A stretch of 64,000 nucleotides of DNA, taken from positions 719 to 64,718 of the forward strand of contig DBEYUK010000016.1 of assembly GCA_048181625.1 (NCBI GenBank). Reading direction: 5' to 3'. The position numbers and the translations under genes are program-made. The notes beneath the pieces are model-generated. The model was not told the DNA's origin, made no database searches, and was given only the letters and a program-made list of their open reading frames with translations. Positions 22,733 to 32,466 of the stretch are shown one piece after another; position 1 is the first letter of the stretch, and each line of letters opens with the position of its first letter. This stretch comes from Collinsella sp. (GTDB lineage Bacteria; Actinomycetota; Coriobacteriia; Coriobacteriales; Coriobacteriaceae).

Positions 22733-23644
22733 TTACGCCACCTCGCCTTCCTGATCGGCATTCTCGTTGACTCCGGCGACCTCGGCCATATAGGCCTCGC
22801 AGCACGCCTTAGCGACGGCGCGGACGCGCAAGATGTAGTTAGCACGCTCGACCGCGGACAGGGCGCCACGGGCGTCGAGCAGGTTGAAGGCGTGGCTGCA
22901 CTTCATGACACAGTCGTACGCCGGCAGCGGCAGCTTTCGCTCCAGGCAGGAATGGCACTCGGCCTCGTAGTCGTCAAACTTCTGACGCATCATCTCGACG
23001 TTGGCGACCTCAAAGTTATAAGCGCTGAACTCGCGCTCGTTCTCGAGGAACACGTCGCCGTAGGTCATGGGCGTGCCGTCGGGCAGGTAGCTCCACACCA
23101 GGTCGTAGACCGAGTTGACGCCCTGGGCGTACATGGCGATACGCTCCAGGCCGTAGGTAATCTCAACGGGCACGGGGTCGACCTCGATGCCTCCCACCTG
23201 CTGGAAGTACGTAAACTGCGTGACCTCCATGCCATTGAGCCAGACCTCCCAGCCAAGGCCCCAGGCGCCGAGCGTCGGGCTCTCCCAGTCGTCCTCGACA
23301 AAGCGGACGTCATGGTCGTTGGGGTCCAGGCCAATGGCGGCAAGAGACCCCAGGTAGAGCTCCTGGGCGTTGACCGGCGAGGGCTTGATGAGCACCTGGA
23401 ACTGATAGTAGTGCTGCATGCGGTTGGGGTTCTCGCCGTAGCGGCCGTCGGCGGGACGGCGGCAGGGCTGTGCATAGCAGGTGCGCCACTCGGCGGGACC
23501 GAGCGAGCGCAGCGTGGTCGCGGTATGGAAGGTACCGGCACCGACCTCGGAGTCATAGGGCTGCATGATGACGCAGCCCTGCTCGCCCCAGTACTGCTGG
23601 AGGCGCAGGATGATGTCTTGGAAGGAAAGCGATGAAGCGTTCAT
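22733..23644 (-). CDS. glyQ: Glycine--tRNA ligase alpha subunit
   Basis: Motifs [48 protein letters not shown]. Confidence 0.99.
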   Translation of the reverse strand: MNASSLSFQDIILRLQQYWGEQGCVIMQPYDSEVGAGTFHTATTLRSLGPAEWRTCYAQPCRRPADGRYGENPNRMQHYYQFQVLIKPSPVNAQELYLGSLAAIGLDPNDHDVRFVEDDWESPTLGAWGLGWEVWLNGMEVTQFTYFQQVGGIEVDPVPVEITYGLERIAMYAQGVNSVYDLVWSYLPDGTPMTYGDVFLENEREFSAYNFEVANVEMMRQKFDDYEAECHSCLERKLPLPAYDCVMKCSHAFNLLDARGALSAVERANYILRVRAVAKACCEAYMAEVAGVNENADQEGEVA

Positions 23645-23703
23645 GCCTCTAATATCCCCTCGTCGAAACGATTACACGGTTAGGTACTGTACTATAGCGG
23701 TTT

Positions 23704-24267
23704 TTAGTCGATAGCGCCCAGACGGTTGAGCGGCCAGTAACGCACGAGCGCCACGGCGATCAATTCGGAGCGGTCGACCGGGCCAAAGTAGCGGGAGTCA
23801 GCAGAGTTCTCGCGGTTGTCGCCCATCACCCACACGCACCCGTCGGGAACGGTGTAGGGATAGCTTACCTGAGCGCCGGGCGCTTGGACCGAAAGTGGCC
23901 AGCTCATGCCCGTCGTATAGTCCTCGTCGAGCGCTTGGCCGTCAACGACCACCTTGCCATCCTGCAGGTCGACCGTCTGCCCGGCCGTGGCAATAACACG
24001 CTTGACAAGAACATCATGCTCGGAGGTGCCATCGGGGTTGTGAAACACCACGATATCGCCCTGCTTGACGGGCTGACCGAGCTCGAGGCTCACCTTTTGT
24101 GCCAGGATCTGGTCGCCAATCTCGATCGTGGACTCCATGGAACCGGTGGGTACCACAAAGGGTTCGACCACAAACGAGCGAATCAAGAAGGTAGCGACCA
24201 GTGCGATCGCGACGACCACGATCCACTCAAACGCACCCTTTAGCACGGAATGCTGCGATGGAACCAT
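23704..24267 (-). CDS. lepB: Signal peptidase I
   Basis: N-terminal TM, then VPTGSMEST (catalytic Ser), LVKRVIA (catalytic Lys), GDNRENSADSRYFG. Confidence 0.95.
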   Translation of the reverse strand: MVPSQHSVLKGAFEWIVVVAIALVATFLIRSFVVEPFVVPTGSMESTIEIGDQILAQKVSLELGQPVKQGDIVVFHNPDGTSEHDVLVKRVIATAGQTVDLQDGKVVVDGQALDEDYTTGMSWPLSVQAPGAQVSYPYTVPDGCVWVMGDNRENSADSRYFGPVDRSELIAVALVRYWPLNRLGAID

Positions 24268-24269
24268 CC

Positions 24270-25028
24270 TCACTCCTCGCTCTGCGAATACGAAGCGTCC
24301 AGAATCTCCTGCGCGTAAGCGCGCTCCTCGGGCGTGAGCCGCGCCGTCTCAATCAGATCGGGACGCCAACGACAGGTGCGCTCGATGGCGTTCTTACGAC
24401 GCCACGCATCGACCTTAGCATGATCGCCGCTCACAAGCACCGGAGGCACGCCCTCGCCGTTGAACTCGGCAGGACGGGTGTACTGCGCGTACTCGAGCAG
24501 GCCTCCATCCTCGGCGGTCGAGAACGACTCGTCCACGTTGCTCATCTCGTCGCCCAGGGCGCCGGGAATCAGGCGTACGACGGCATCGGCAACGACCATA
24601 GCGGGAAGCTCGCCGCCCGTAAGCACGTAGTCGCCGATCGACAGACGCTCATCGGCATACGCATACGCGCGCTCGTCGACGCCCTCGTAGCGACTGCACA
24701 CAAACAGCAGGCGCTCACTTTTGAGCAGGCGCTCGGCCACATGCTGCGTAAAGGGCTCGCCACAGGGGGTGAAGAACACAACCGTGGGCTTGGGACCCTC
24801 TGCGCTAATGGCCTCGATGGCCTCTGCGATAGGCTCGACCTTCATGAGCATGCCCTGCCCGCCGCCGTACGGCTCGTCATCGACGGTACGATGGCGGTCG
24901 TGCGTCCAGTCGCGCAGGTTATACGCCTTAAAATCAAAAAGGCCGACCTTGCGGGCGCGGCCCAAAATCGATGTGGACATGACGGGCTCAAACATCTCGG
25001 GAAAGACCGAAAGGGTCTCGATCAGCAT
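24270..25028 (-). CDS. trmD: tRNA (guanine-N1)-methyltransferase
   Basis: Motifs VDDEPYGGGQGM, RYEGVDER, SIGDYVLTGGE, LLEYAQYTRP. Confidence 0.98.
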   Translation of the reverse strand: MLIETLSVFPEMFEPVMSTSILGRARKVGLFDFKAYNLRDWTHDRHRTVDDEPYGGGQGMLMKVEPIAEAIEAISAEGPKPTVVFFTPCGEPFTQHVAERLLKSERLLFVCSRYEGVDERAYAYADERLSIGDYVLTGGELPAMVVADAVVRLIPGALGDEMSNVDESFSTAEDGGLLEYAQYTRPAEFNGEGVPPVLVSGDHAKVDAWRRKNAIERTCRWRPDLIETARLTPEERAYAQEILDASYSQSEE

Positions 25029-25038
25029 GTTGTCCTCC

Positions 25039-25560
25039 CTACTTGTCCATATCGATCAGGCCGTCCATAACATGGACGGAAATTGTTCCTGTGTCGGGAA
25101 GATCGAGCACGACCTGCTCGATCACGGGAATCAGTACCTCGCCGTACCGATCGCCCTCGACAACCCAAACATCGTTAGCGGGCGTCGACATGATCTCGAC
25201 GATCGTGCCGAGCGAACCGAAGCGCTCGTCGACCACCTCGCGACCCATCAGGTCGGTATAGGCAGCGTCGAGCGAATCGAGCTCAAAGTCGTCACGATTT
25301 ACCAGCACGTAGCATCCCGTGATGCCCTCGGCGGCCGTCAAGTCGTCAATGCCCTCAAACGAGACCAGATCGCCATCGCCCGTATCGGTGACGGACACGA
25401 CCGTGCAAAAGCGGTCGCGCTTGAGCGCCGGCGGCGTCAGGGCGACGCGCATACCCGGCTCTAATACAGAAAGAAGCCCCCGCAGCGGCTGCGCGAGGAC
25501 CTCCCCCTTCCTTCCGTGCGGCTTGACCACACGGGCGATGTTTTTGTACTGGGACCTCAA
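25039..25560 (-). CDS. rimM: Ribosome maturation factor RimM
   Basis: KPHGRKGEV, DLMGREV, TPANDVWVV...LIPVI (PRC barrel). Lies between khpA and trmD. Confidence 0.92.
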   Translation of the reverse strand: MRSQYKNIARVVKPHGRKGEVLAQPLRGLLSVLEPGMRVALTPPALKRDRFCTVVSVTDTGDGDLVSFEGIDDLTAAEGITGCYVLVNRDDFELDSLDAAYTDLMGREVVDERFGSLGTIVEIMSTPANDVWVVEGDRYGEVLIPVIEQVVLDLPDTGTISVHVMDGLIDMDK

Positions 25561-25564
25561 GGTC

Positions 25565-25849
25565 CTAGCCCAGAACCTCTACCTCGACAGCAGTGTCGAG
25601 GCGAGCGGCCAGTGCACGGGCGAGCGTGCGAATGGCCTTGATGGTACGGCCACGACGGCCGATGACCTTAGCGACGTCATCCTCGGCGACCGAAACCTCA
25701 ATCGTAGAGGCGTCGTCACCATCGATGACCTCAAGGCTCACGGAATCCGGGTCGTCGACGATCTGAACAACGAGATATTCGACGAGATCGGCGATGCGAT
25801 CTGAGAGCATTGCCTCACCCTCGAGCTGTGCAGCGTCAACCTCAGGCAC
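25565..25849 (-). CDS. khpA: KH-domain RNA-binding protein KhpA
   Basis: VAEDDVAKVIGRRGRTIKAIR. Sits in the rpsP-khpA-rimM context. Confidence 0.93.
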   Translation of the reverse strand: MPEVDAAQLEGEAMLSDRIADLVEYLVVQIVDDPDSVSLEVIDGDDASTIEVSVAEDDVAKVIGRRGRTIKAIRTLARALAARLDTAVEVEVLG

Positions 25850-25852
25850 GAT

Positions 25853-26194
25853 TTACTCCTCGGCGCCCTCAGCGGCCTCAGCGGCAGCCTTAGCGGCCTC
25901 GGTCTCTTTAGCGAGCTGCTTCTTGGACTTCTTGACGACGGTCTCGGTCTTCTCGCCCTCGTTGGCGGCCTTGACCAGAGCGGCGACGGCGTCGGTGAGC
26001 TGAGCGCCCTTGGACTGCCAGTCGGCGATCTTCTCGAGATCGAGGTTGATGGTCTTGGGGGCGGTCATCGGGTTGTAGCGGCCAACCTCCTCGATGATAC
26101 GACCGTCACGCGGGGCGCGGGAATCGGCGACGACGACACGGTAGTACGGACGCTTCTTAGCGCCGTGACGAGCAAGGCGAATCTTGACTGCCAA
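25853..26194 (-). CDS. rpsP: 30S ribosomal protein S16
   Basis: [34 protein letters not shown] start after a GGAGGAG SD. Confidence 0.98.
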   Translation of the reverse strand: MAVKIRLARHGAKKRPYYRVVVADSRAPRDGRIIEEVGRYNPMTAPKTINLDLEKIADWQSKGAQLTDAVAALVKAANEGEKTETVVKKSKKQLAKETEAAKAAAEAAEGAEE

Positions 26195-26406
26195 AGGAAA
26201 CTCCTCCAACCAAGCAGCTTTAGGCTGCAACTACAAACAAACAGTTGAACATAATACGCCATCGACGCGGGCAGGTGAAGTCCGTGAGACCAACTTCTTC
26301 GGTGTAGTCGAGGGCAAATCCATATCTTAGACAAGAATTCGGGATTTGCAAGCACATACACGCACCCCACATGAGCTGCGCGGTATACTCATGACATGGA
26401 AAGACG

Positions 26407-26420
26407 CGAACATACATACG
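26407..26420. promoter_or_regulatory. Possible imperfect LexA (SOS) box in the dinB 5' region
   Basis: CGAACATACATACG versus the Gram-positive consensus CGAAC-N4-GTTCG (2 mismatches). Lies just downstream of TATACT at 26384-26389. Confidence 0.35.
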
Positions 26421-26434
26421 GTTATGAGGATGCC

Positions 26435-27649
26435 ATGGGCGTCACGCCGCCTCCCTGGACGGGTCCGGCGGTGGGCCTCATGGACCTCGATGCGTTTTTT
26501 GCGAGCGTGGAGATGCTCGATCATCCCGAATGGCGCGGAAAGCCGCTCATCGTGGGCGGAGACGCCGATTCGCGTGGCGTCGTGTCCACGTGTTCGTATG
26601 AGGCGCGTCGCTTTGGCGTGCACTCTGCCATGGCCTCGGCCGAGGCGCGGCGCTTGTGCCCGCAAGCCATTTGGACGCACGGGCACTTTGATCGCTACCG
26701 CGAGGTGAGCGCGCAGGTCATGGCGATTCTCGCCGACGAGACCCCGCGTGTTGAGCGCGTATCCATCGACGAAGCCTTTATCGATATCACACCGTGTCGC
26801 TTTGCGCCCGAAGACCCGCTGCCGGTTGCGCGGCGTATAAGCGACCGCGTGGCAGCGCTGGGAGTGACGTGCTCCATTGGCGTGGGCTGCAACAAGACGG
26901 TTGCAAAGATCGCAAGCGAGCGGGATAAGCCGTTTGGGCTGACCATCGTGCGTCCCGGAACCGAGCAGCGCTTTTTGGCCGCGTTGCCGGTATCTGCCAT
27001 GAGCGGCATCGGGCGCTCGGCCGAGGAGCGACTGCGCCGCATGCGCATCTACACCCTCGGCGAGCTATCACGTGCACCGGAATCCACCTTGACCTCTATA
27101 TTTGGCGTCAACGGCGAACGCATGCGCCAGCGTGCGCTGGGACTCGAAATCTCCGAAGTCACGAGCCTCGATGAAGAGCGCGAGGTCAAGTCGGTTAGCA
27201 ATGAACGCACCTTTGCGAAAGATTTGACTGAGCGCGGGGACATCGAAGCGGCAATTGCGCTGTTGGGCGAGTCGGTGGGGCGCCGCCTGCGCCGTCAGGG
27301 ACTAACGGGCGCCACGGTTACGCTCAAGCTCAAGTATTCGTATGGAAGCGGTCGCTCGGCACAGCGCCGGCTGCCTCATCCGACCGACGATGAGAACATC
27401 TTCGTGGCGGTTGCACTCAAACTGCTCGACAACATCTGGCAGGAAGGCATGCATGTTCGCTTAGCGGGCATCGGCATGAGCGACTTCGACCACCAAGGCG
27501 GCATCCAGACTGACCTGTTCTGCGAGATCGATGACCGCGGAGCCCAATCCAGCGACCGCCGCGACCTCTCCGTCGCCATCGACGCCGTCCGAGACAAATT
27601 CGGCGACACCGCCCTTTCCTTCGGCCGCCAATCCCGCTTCAATAACTAG
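26435..27649 (+). CDS. dinB: DNA polymerase IV (Y family)
   Basis: Motifs MDLDAFFASVE, RGVVSTCSYEARRFGVHSAM, SIDEAFID, AKIASERDKPFG, KSVSNERTF. Start at ATG 26435 after a GAGGA SD (the ORF track gives 26396). Confidence 0.96.
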   Translation: MGVTPPPWTGPAVGLMDLDAFFASVEMLDHPEWRGKPLIVGGDADSRGVVSTCSYEARRFGVHSAMASAEARRLCPQAIWTHGHFDRYREVSAQVMAILADETPRVERVSIDEAFIDITPCRFAPEDPLPVARRISDRVAALGVTCSIGVGCNKTVAKIASERDKPFGLTIVRPGTEQRFLAALPVSAMSGIGRSAEERLRRMRIYTLGELSRAPESTLTSIFGVNGERMRQRALGLEISEVTSLDEEREVKSVSNERTFAKDLTERGDIEAAIALLGESVGRRLRRQGLTGATVTLKLKYSYGSGRSAQRRLPHPTDDENIFVAVALKLLDNIWQEGMHVRLAGIGMSDFDHQGGIQTDLFCEIDDRGAQSSDRRDLSVAIDAVRDKFGDTALSFGRQSRFNN

Positions 27650-27676
27650 TCTTTTTTGGACGGGGGGGTTGCTGCC
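27647..27676 (+). repeat. Degenerate REP copy beginning at the dinB stop codon
   Basis: TAGTCTTTTTTGGACGGGGGGGTTGCTGCC versus consensus TAGTCAATTTGGGACGGGGCTATTTTAGCTACC. Confidence 0.5.
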
Positions 27677-27695
27677 TTCCGTCCGACACGGCATT

Positions 27696-27818
27696 GGTAG
27701 TCAATTTGGGACGGGGCTATTTTAGCTACCCCTATATATCGGTTGAGATTCATTCGGCCTAATTCATTCACCGTCATCCAAAGGGTAGCTAAAATAGCCC
27801 CGTCCCAAATTGACTACC
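27696..27818. repeat. REP doublet (REPIN-like): perfect 36-bp inverted repeat with a 51-bp spacer
   Basis: 27696-27731 GGTAGTCAATTTGGGACGGGGCTATTTTAGCTACCC is the exact reverse complement of 27783-27818. Confidence 0.92.
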
Positions 27819-27840
27819 CCGGATGTCCGGTTTGCCCGCC

Positions 27841-27868
27841 GCAACAAAACTCTGTCCCAAATAGCTAC
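27841..27868 (-). repeat. Degenerate REP copy overlapping the RAYT stop codon
   Basis: The plus strand contains ...AAAACTCTGTCCCAAATAGCTAC versus AAAAAAGCCCCGTCCCAAATTAGCTAC of the 28716 copy. Confidence 0.55.
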
Positions 27869-28614
27869 TGATCGAGCTTGACCTTCTGAATCGTGCAGTG
27901 ACCGATGCCCGTGAGGCGCACGATCTGCTTTATCGAAAAGCCCTCGTTTTTGAGCGTACGGATGTAGTTGTCGCGCACGGCTTTAGGCAAAGCTTTAAGG
28001 TGGTGAGGCTCATACGGTTTAAGGAGAGCCTGTGCAAACTCCAGTGCATCTATGTCGCTCACATGAGCGCCGTCACGGAAGCAATATCGATTCGGTTCTC
28101 CCGAGGTACTGAAAGCAAAAAATCTCTGAGAATCTCCGAGCAAACCTAGCACACATTCAGTCATACAAATACCCGGGTATCCCATATATTCGCTAAAACT
28201 GCTCCAACGATATAGTGAAGCAGTCCCAATCCTGGCTTTCGCAGGATTATCGTGAATATATCTCACACAGTTGAGCAGCTGATCATCGTTAAGAATCGGC
28301 ACGCTCTTAAATCGATCCTGAAAAACTGGTCCCTTCCGTCCGGTTTTCGCGTTGAAATACATCGCATATGCAGTCGTAACAGAGTGCATGCAATCGCTCA
28401 GGTGAACATGTTCATCATCTAGCAACAAGTGAATATGGTTGTCCATAAGGCACCAAGCAATGATATTGACGTCGTATTTTCGGCATTTCGAGGCAAGCAA
28501 CCGAATCAAATATATCCGATCATCGGCATCCTCAAATATCAGCTGACCACCACAGCCCTTTTGGACGACATGGTAATAGCCGTAAACAGAGATTTCCCGC
28601 GCGGTCCGAGTCAT
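27865..28614 (-). CDS. REP-associated tyrosine transposase (RAYT/TnpA-REP, HUH Y1 family) with C-terminal HTH-like extension
   Basis: MTRTAR...GYYHVVQKG, IFEDADD, AWCLMDNHIHLLL (HUH), YFNAKTGRKGPVFQDRFKS, RYIHDNP (catalytic Tyr), YRWSS. Tail GFSIKQIVRLTGIGHCTIQK. AGAGGAGGAG SD before ATG 28614. Visibly AT-richer than neighbours and flanked by REP repeats. Confidence 0.9.
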   Translation of the reverse strand: MTRTAREISVYGYYHVVQKGCGGQLIFEDADDRIYLIRLLASKCRKYDVNIIAWCLMDNHIHLLLDDEHVHLSDCMHSVTTAYAMYFNAKTGRKGPVFQDRFKSVPILNDDQLLNCVRYIHDNPAKARIGTASLYRWSSFSEYMGYPGICMTECVLGLLGDSQRFFAFSTSGEPNRYCFRDGAHVSDIDALEFAQALLKPYEPHHLKALPKAVRDNYIRTLKNEGFSIKQIVRLTGIGHCTIQKVKLDQ

Positions 28615-28715
28615 ACGCATCTCCTCCTCTACAGATAACAAATACGTTACCCGAGTCGGAAAGCTAAATATCACGCAATGAACCGCAACTCGCTTCTATC
28701 GGCGAACGGTAGGTA

Positions 28716-28748
28716 GTAGCTAAAAAAGCCCCGTCCCAAATTAGCTAC
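28716..28748 (-). repeat. REP copy upstream of the RAYT
   Basis: Plus strand GTAGCTAAAAAAGCCCCGTCCCAAATTAGCTAC, nearly identical to 27785-27817. Has its own 8-bp terminal IR, GTAGCTAA/TTAGCTAC. Confidence 0.88.
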
Positions 28749-28755
28749 TTTGGGC

Positions 28756-28798
28756 AAAAAGAAAGCCGGGCAGGTGCGGAAAACCGCACCTGCCCGGC
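28756..28798 (-). terminator. Rho-independent terminator after rsfS
   Basis: Perfect 15-bp stem GCCGGGCAGGTGCGG / CCGCACCTGCCCGGC with a 4-nt loop, followed by TTTCTTTTT on the minus strand. Confidence 0.88.
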
Positions 28799-28809
28799 GA
28801 TATGCGTGA

Positions 28810-28840
28810 GGGTAGCTAAACCCCGTCTCAAATGAGCTAC
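28810..28840 (-). repeat. Shortened REP copy abutting the rsfS stop codon
   Basis: Plus strand GGGTAGCTAAACCCCGTCTCAAATGAGCTAC, with an internal deletion relative to consensus. Confidence 0.75.
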
Positions 28841-29295
28841 TAGAGGAGGTTGAGGGGGAGCTGGGGGGCGTCTCCCCAGAGTTTCTCGAGACGGTAGAAG
28901 TCACGTGCCTCGGGGGTGAAGACGTGGACGACGACCGAGCCGTAGTCCATGAGCATCCAGGTCTTCTGCTCGCGGCCCTCGATGGAGAACGGGTGCTCAC
29001 CGCAAGCCTCGGCGACCTTCTCCTCGATCTCATCGACGATAGAATCGACCTGACGGTTATTGGTACCGGTGGCGAGCACAAAGTAGTCGCACACGTCGGA
29101 GAGCTCAGTCAGGTCGAGCACCTGAACGTCCTCGCCCTTCTTGTCGTAGGCGGCCTGCGCGGCGGCGCGGGCGACATCCTCGGCGGCGACACCGCTCGCG
29201 GACAGCGAGGCGGCGGTGCGGTCGGACGTGGCGACGAAGCTCTTGTGCTCCACACCTTCAAGAATCTGCTCGTCGGTCATGGTCTCGTCGGCCAT
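28840..29295 (-). CDS. rsfS: Ribosome silencing factor
   Basis: Motifs AYDKKGEDVQVLDL, DYFVLATG, WMLMDYGSVVVHVF...RDFYRLEKLW. Confidence 0.96.
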   Translation of the reverse strand: MADETMTDEQILEGVEHKSFVATSDRTAASLSASGVAAEDVARAAAQAAYDKKGEDVQVLDLTELSDVCDYFVLATGTNNRQVDSIVDEIEEKVAEACGEHPFSIEGREQKTWMLMDYGSVVVHVFTPEARDFYRLEKLWGDAPQLPLNLL

Positions 29296-29322
29296 GGAAT
29301 ACCTCTTTCTAGACAGCCCGAG

Positions 29323-29931
29323 CTAGCGCAGCTGGGCGTAATGGTTGTAAATCGTAATAGCCGTGGGATAAAGATAACGCCCGGTCTGGATCACGTAGAC
29401 CAGACCCTGCGCAAAACAGGAGAAGAACAACTCGTCAAGCGTTGACTCCCCCACCATCTTGCGCAGCGCGTGGGCATAATCACCATGGCGGTTGGGCTCG
29501 ATGGCATCGGCCACAAAGACCACCATATCGAGCGGCGTCATGTCGCAAGCGCCCACGGTGTGACGGTCGACAGCTTGAAAGACCGCCGGCGACAGCTCGG
29601 GAAAGAGCTGCGGAAGCTCATAGGCGGCAACCGGGCCATGCAAAAGCGGCGTCGCGGCGGACGGAGAGCCGGCAATCTTAATGCTGTAATGCAGAGCGCG
29701 CGTGACCAACTCGTCGTCGGAGAGCACTTTGTCCCAGTCGTGAATCAGGCCGGCGGCGGCGGCATCAAAGCGGTCGACGCCATACACCTCGGCCAGACGG
29801 AGCGCAGTCTCGGCAACACCCAGCGAATGCATGAAGCGCTTGCGCTTATCCTTCATACGCACATCGAGCAGCTCTTGAATGCGCTTGAGCAGCGCGCGCT
29901 CATCGCCCTCAAACTGATCCTCTACCGACAA
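29323..29931 (-). CDS. yqeK: HD-domain Ap4A hydrolase YqeK
   Basis: Motifs RFMHSLGV, GLIHDWDK, LLHGPVAA, HTVG, VFVADAIEPNR. nadD-yqeK-rsfS synteny. Confidence 0.88.
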   Translation of the reverse strand: MSVEDQFEGDERALLKRIQELLDVRMKDKRKRFMHSLGVAETALRLAEVYGVDRFDAAAAGLIHDWDKVLSDDELVTRALHYSIKIAGSPSAATPLLHGPVAAYELPQLFPELSPAVFQAVDRHTVGACDMTPLDMVVFVADAIEPNRHGDYAHALRKMVGESTLDELFFSCFAQGLVYVIQTGRYLYPTAITIYNHYAQLR

Positions 29932-29943
29932 CGTAGACCCCCA

Positions 29944-30621
29944 TCACTCAAAATCTTCTTGACCCAGATCGGTATACAGCCCGCGTTTGCGAATATAGCC
30001 GAGAACGGACTCGCTCGTAAGATAGCGCACGCTCATGCCACGGGCAACTCGCTTACGAATATTGGTCGAGCTAATCGCCAGCGCCGGAATCTGGATATAA
30101 CGCACGTCAAACGGCAGGCCCGACTCTTTGATTCGGGCACGCGCCGTATCGATATCAAAGCCCGGTCGCGTCGCCGCAATAAACGTGGCAAGCTCGGCGA
30201 TTCGGTCGGCATCATGCCAGGTAACAATATCGATAATCGCATCGGCGCCCGTAATAAAGTAGAGCTTTACCTGAGGCGGGTAAAAGTCGCGAAGGGCATG
30301 AAGCGTATCGGCCGTATAGGTCACGCCCGGACGGTCAATCTCGAAACGGCTCGCCAAAAAAGCCGGATTCGCAGCGGTGGCGAGGACCGTCATGGCATAA
30401 CGGTCCTCGGCAGGCGTCACCGGTTTGTCGAGCTTAAAGGCAGGAGAGCCGGCCGGCATAAAGAGCACGGCGTCCAAGTCGAGCGACTCGCGCGCCTGCT
30501 CGGCGGTAACCAAGTGCCCGTAATGAATCGGGTCAAAGGTACCACCCATAATGCCGAGCCTAAACTCCTGCCCGTCTTCTAGAGGAAGCTCGGGCAGACC
30601 GATTCCACCGCGCAGCGACAT
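29944..30621 (-). CDS. nadD: Nicotinate-nucleotide adenylyltransferase
   Basis: Motifs GIMGGTFDPIHYGHL, YTADTL, YFITGADA, ISSTNIR. Confidence 0.97.
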   Translation of the reverse strand: MSLRGGIGLPELPLEDGQEFRLGIMGGTFDPIHYGHLVTAEQARESLDLDAVLFMPAGSPAFKLDKPVTPAEDRYAMTVLATAANPAFLASRFEIDRPGVTYTADTLHALRDFYPPQVKLYFITGADAIIDIVTWHDADRIAELATFIAATRPGFDIDTARARIKESGLPFDVRYIQIPALAISSTNIRKRVARGMSVRYLTSESVLGYIRKRGLYTDLGQEDFE

Positions 30622-30624
30622 GGC

Positions 30625-32103
<1,479 letters not shown>

Positions 32104-32107
32104 CTAC

Positions 32108-32150
32108 AAAAAGAGGGAGACCCTTGAATCCTAAAACTCAAGTGCCTCCC
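32108..32150 (-). terminator. Probable terminator after rpmA
   Basis: Minus strand imperfect stem GGGAGGCACTTGA...TCAAGGGTCTCCC followed by TCTTTTT. Confidence 0.55.
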
Positions 32151-32175
32151 ACATATGTGCTCTATGAAGGGTGAA

Positions 32176-32433
32176 TTACGCGTTCGCGAGCGGGCGTACG
32201 CTGACCCTGTGCTTGATACCCTTGTGGAACTCAACGGTACCGTCGACCAGCGCGAACAGCGTGTCGTCCTTACCACGGCCAACGTTCTCACCCGGGTGGA
32301 TGTGCGTGCCGTGCTGACGGACGAGAATCGTGCCCGTGGTTACCGTCTGGCCGGCATAGCGCTTCGTGCCAAGGCGCTGACCGCGGGAGTCACGGCCATT
32401 ACGGGAGGAACCGAGTCCTTTTTTGTGTGCCAT
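32176..32433 (-). CDS. rpmA: 50S ribosomal protein L27
   Basis: [16 protein letters not shown] and [15 protein letters not shown]. Confidence 0.99.
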   Translation of the reverse strand: MAHKKGLGSSRNGRDSRGQRLGTKRYAGQTVTTGTILVRQHGTHIHPGENVGRGKDDTLFALVDGTVEFHKGIKHRVSVRPLANA

Positions 32434-32466
32434 TGTGTATACCTACTCTTTCGTTACGAGTGTAAT

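Noticed and set aside
20381..23635. 1084-aa plus-strand ORF, and similar long ORFs at 41-856, 3532-4899, 8211-9713, 16810-18747, 33751-35565, 46868-48535 and 48935-50947
   Set aside because: These are antisense shadows of well-supported genes in high-GC DNA and have no recognisable motifs.
23645..23703. T-box riboswitch upstream of glyQS
   Set aside because: The gap is only 59 bp and contains a -10-like TATAGT but no T-box motif or room for stem I.
27865..28614. Ordinary IS200/IS605 insertion sequence
   Set aside because: There is no tnpB, the motif set (FQDRFKS, YIHDNP, YRWSS) and length fit RAYT-type proteins, and the flanking repeats also occur far from the gene. Not fully excluded without a phylogeny.
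27647..28840. ~36-bp repeats with 50-60-bp spacers read as a CRISPR array
   Set aside because: The copies are inverted pairs or scattered rather than a tandem direct array, the doublet spacers are homologous to each other, and there are no cas genes.
28671..29081. 136-aa minus-strand ORF bridging rsfS and the RAYT
   Set aside because: It is an alternative frame of rsfS that runs through a terminator and REP repeats and has no protein-like features.
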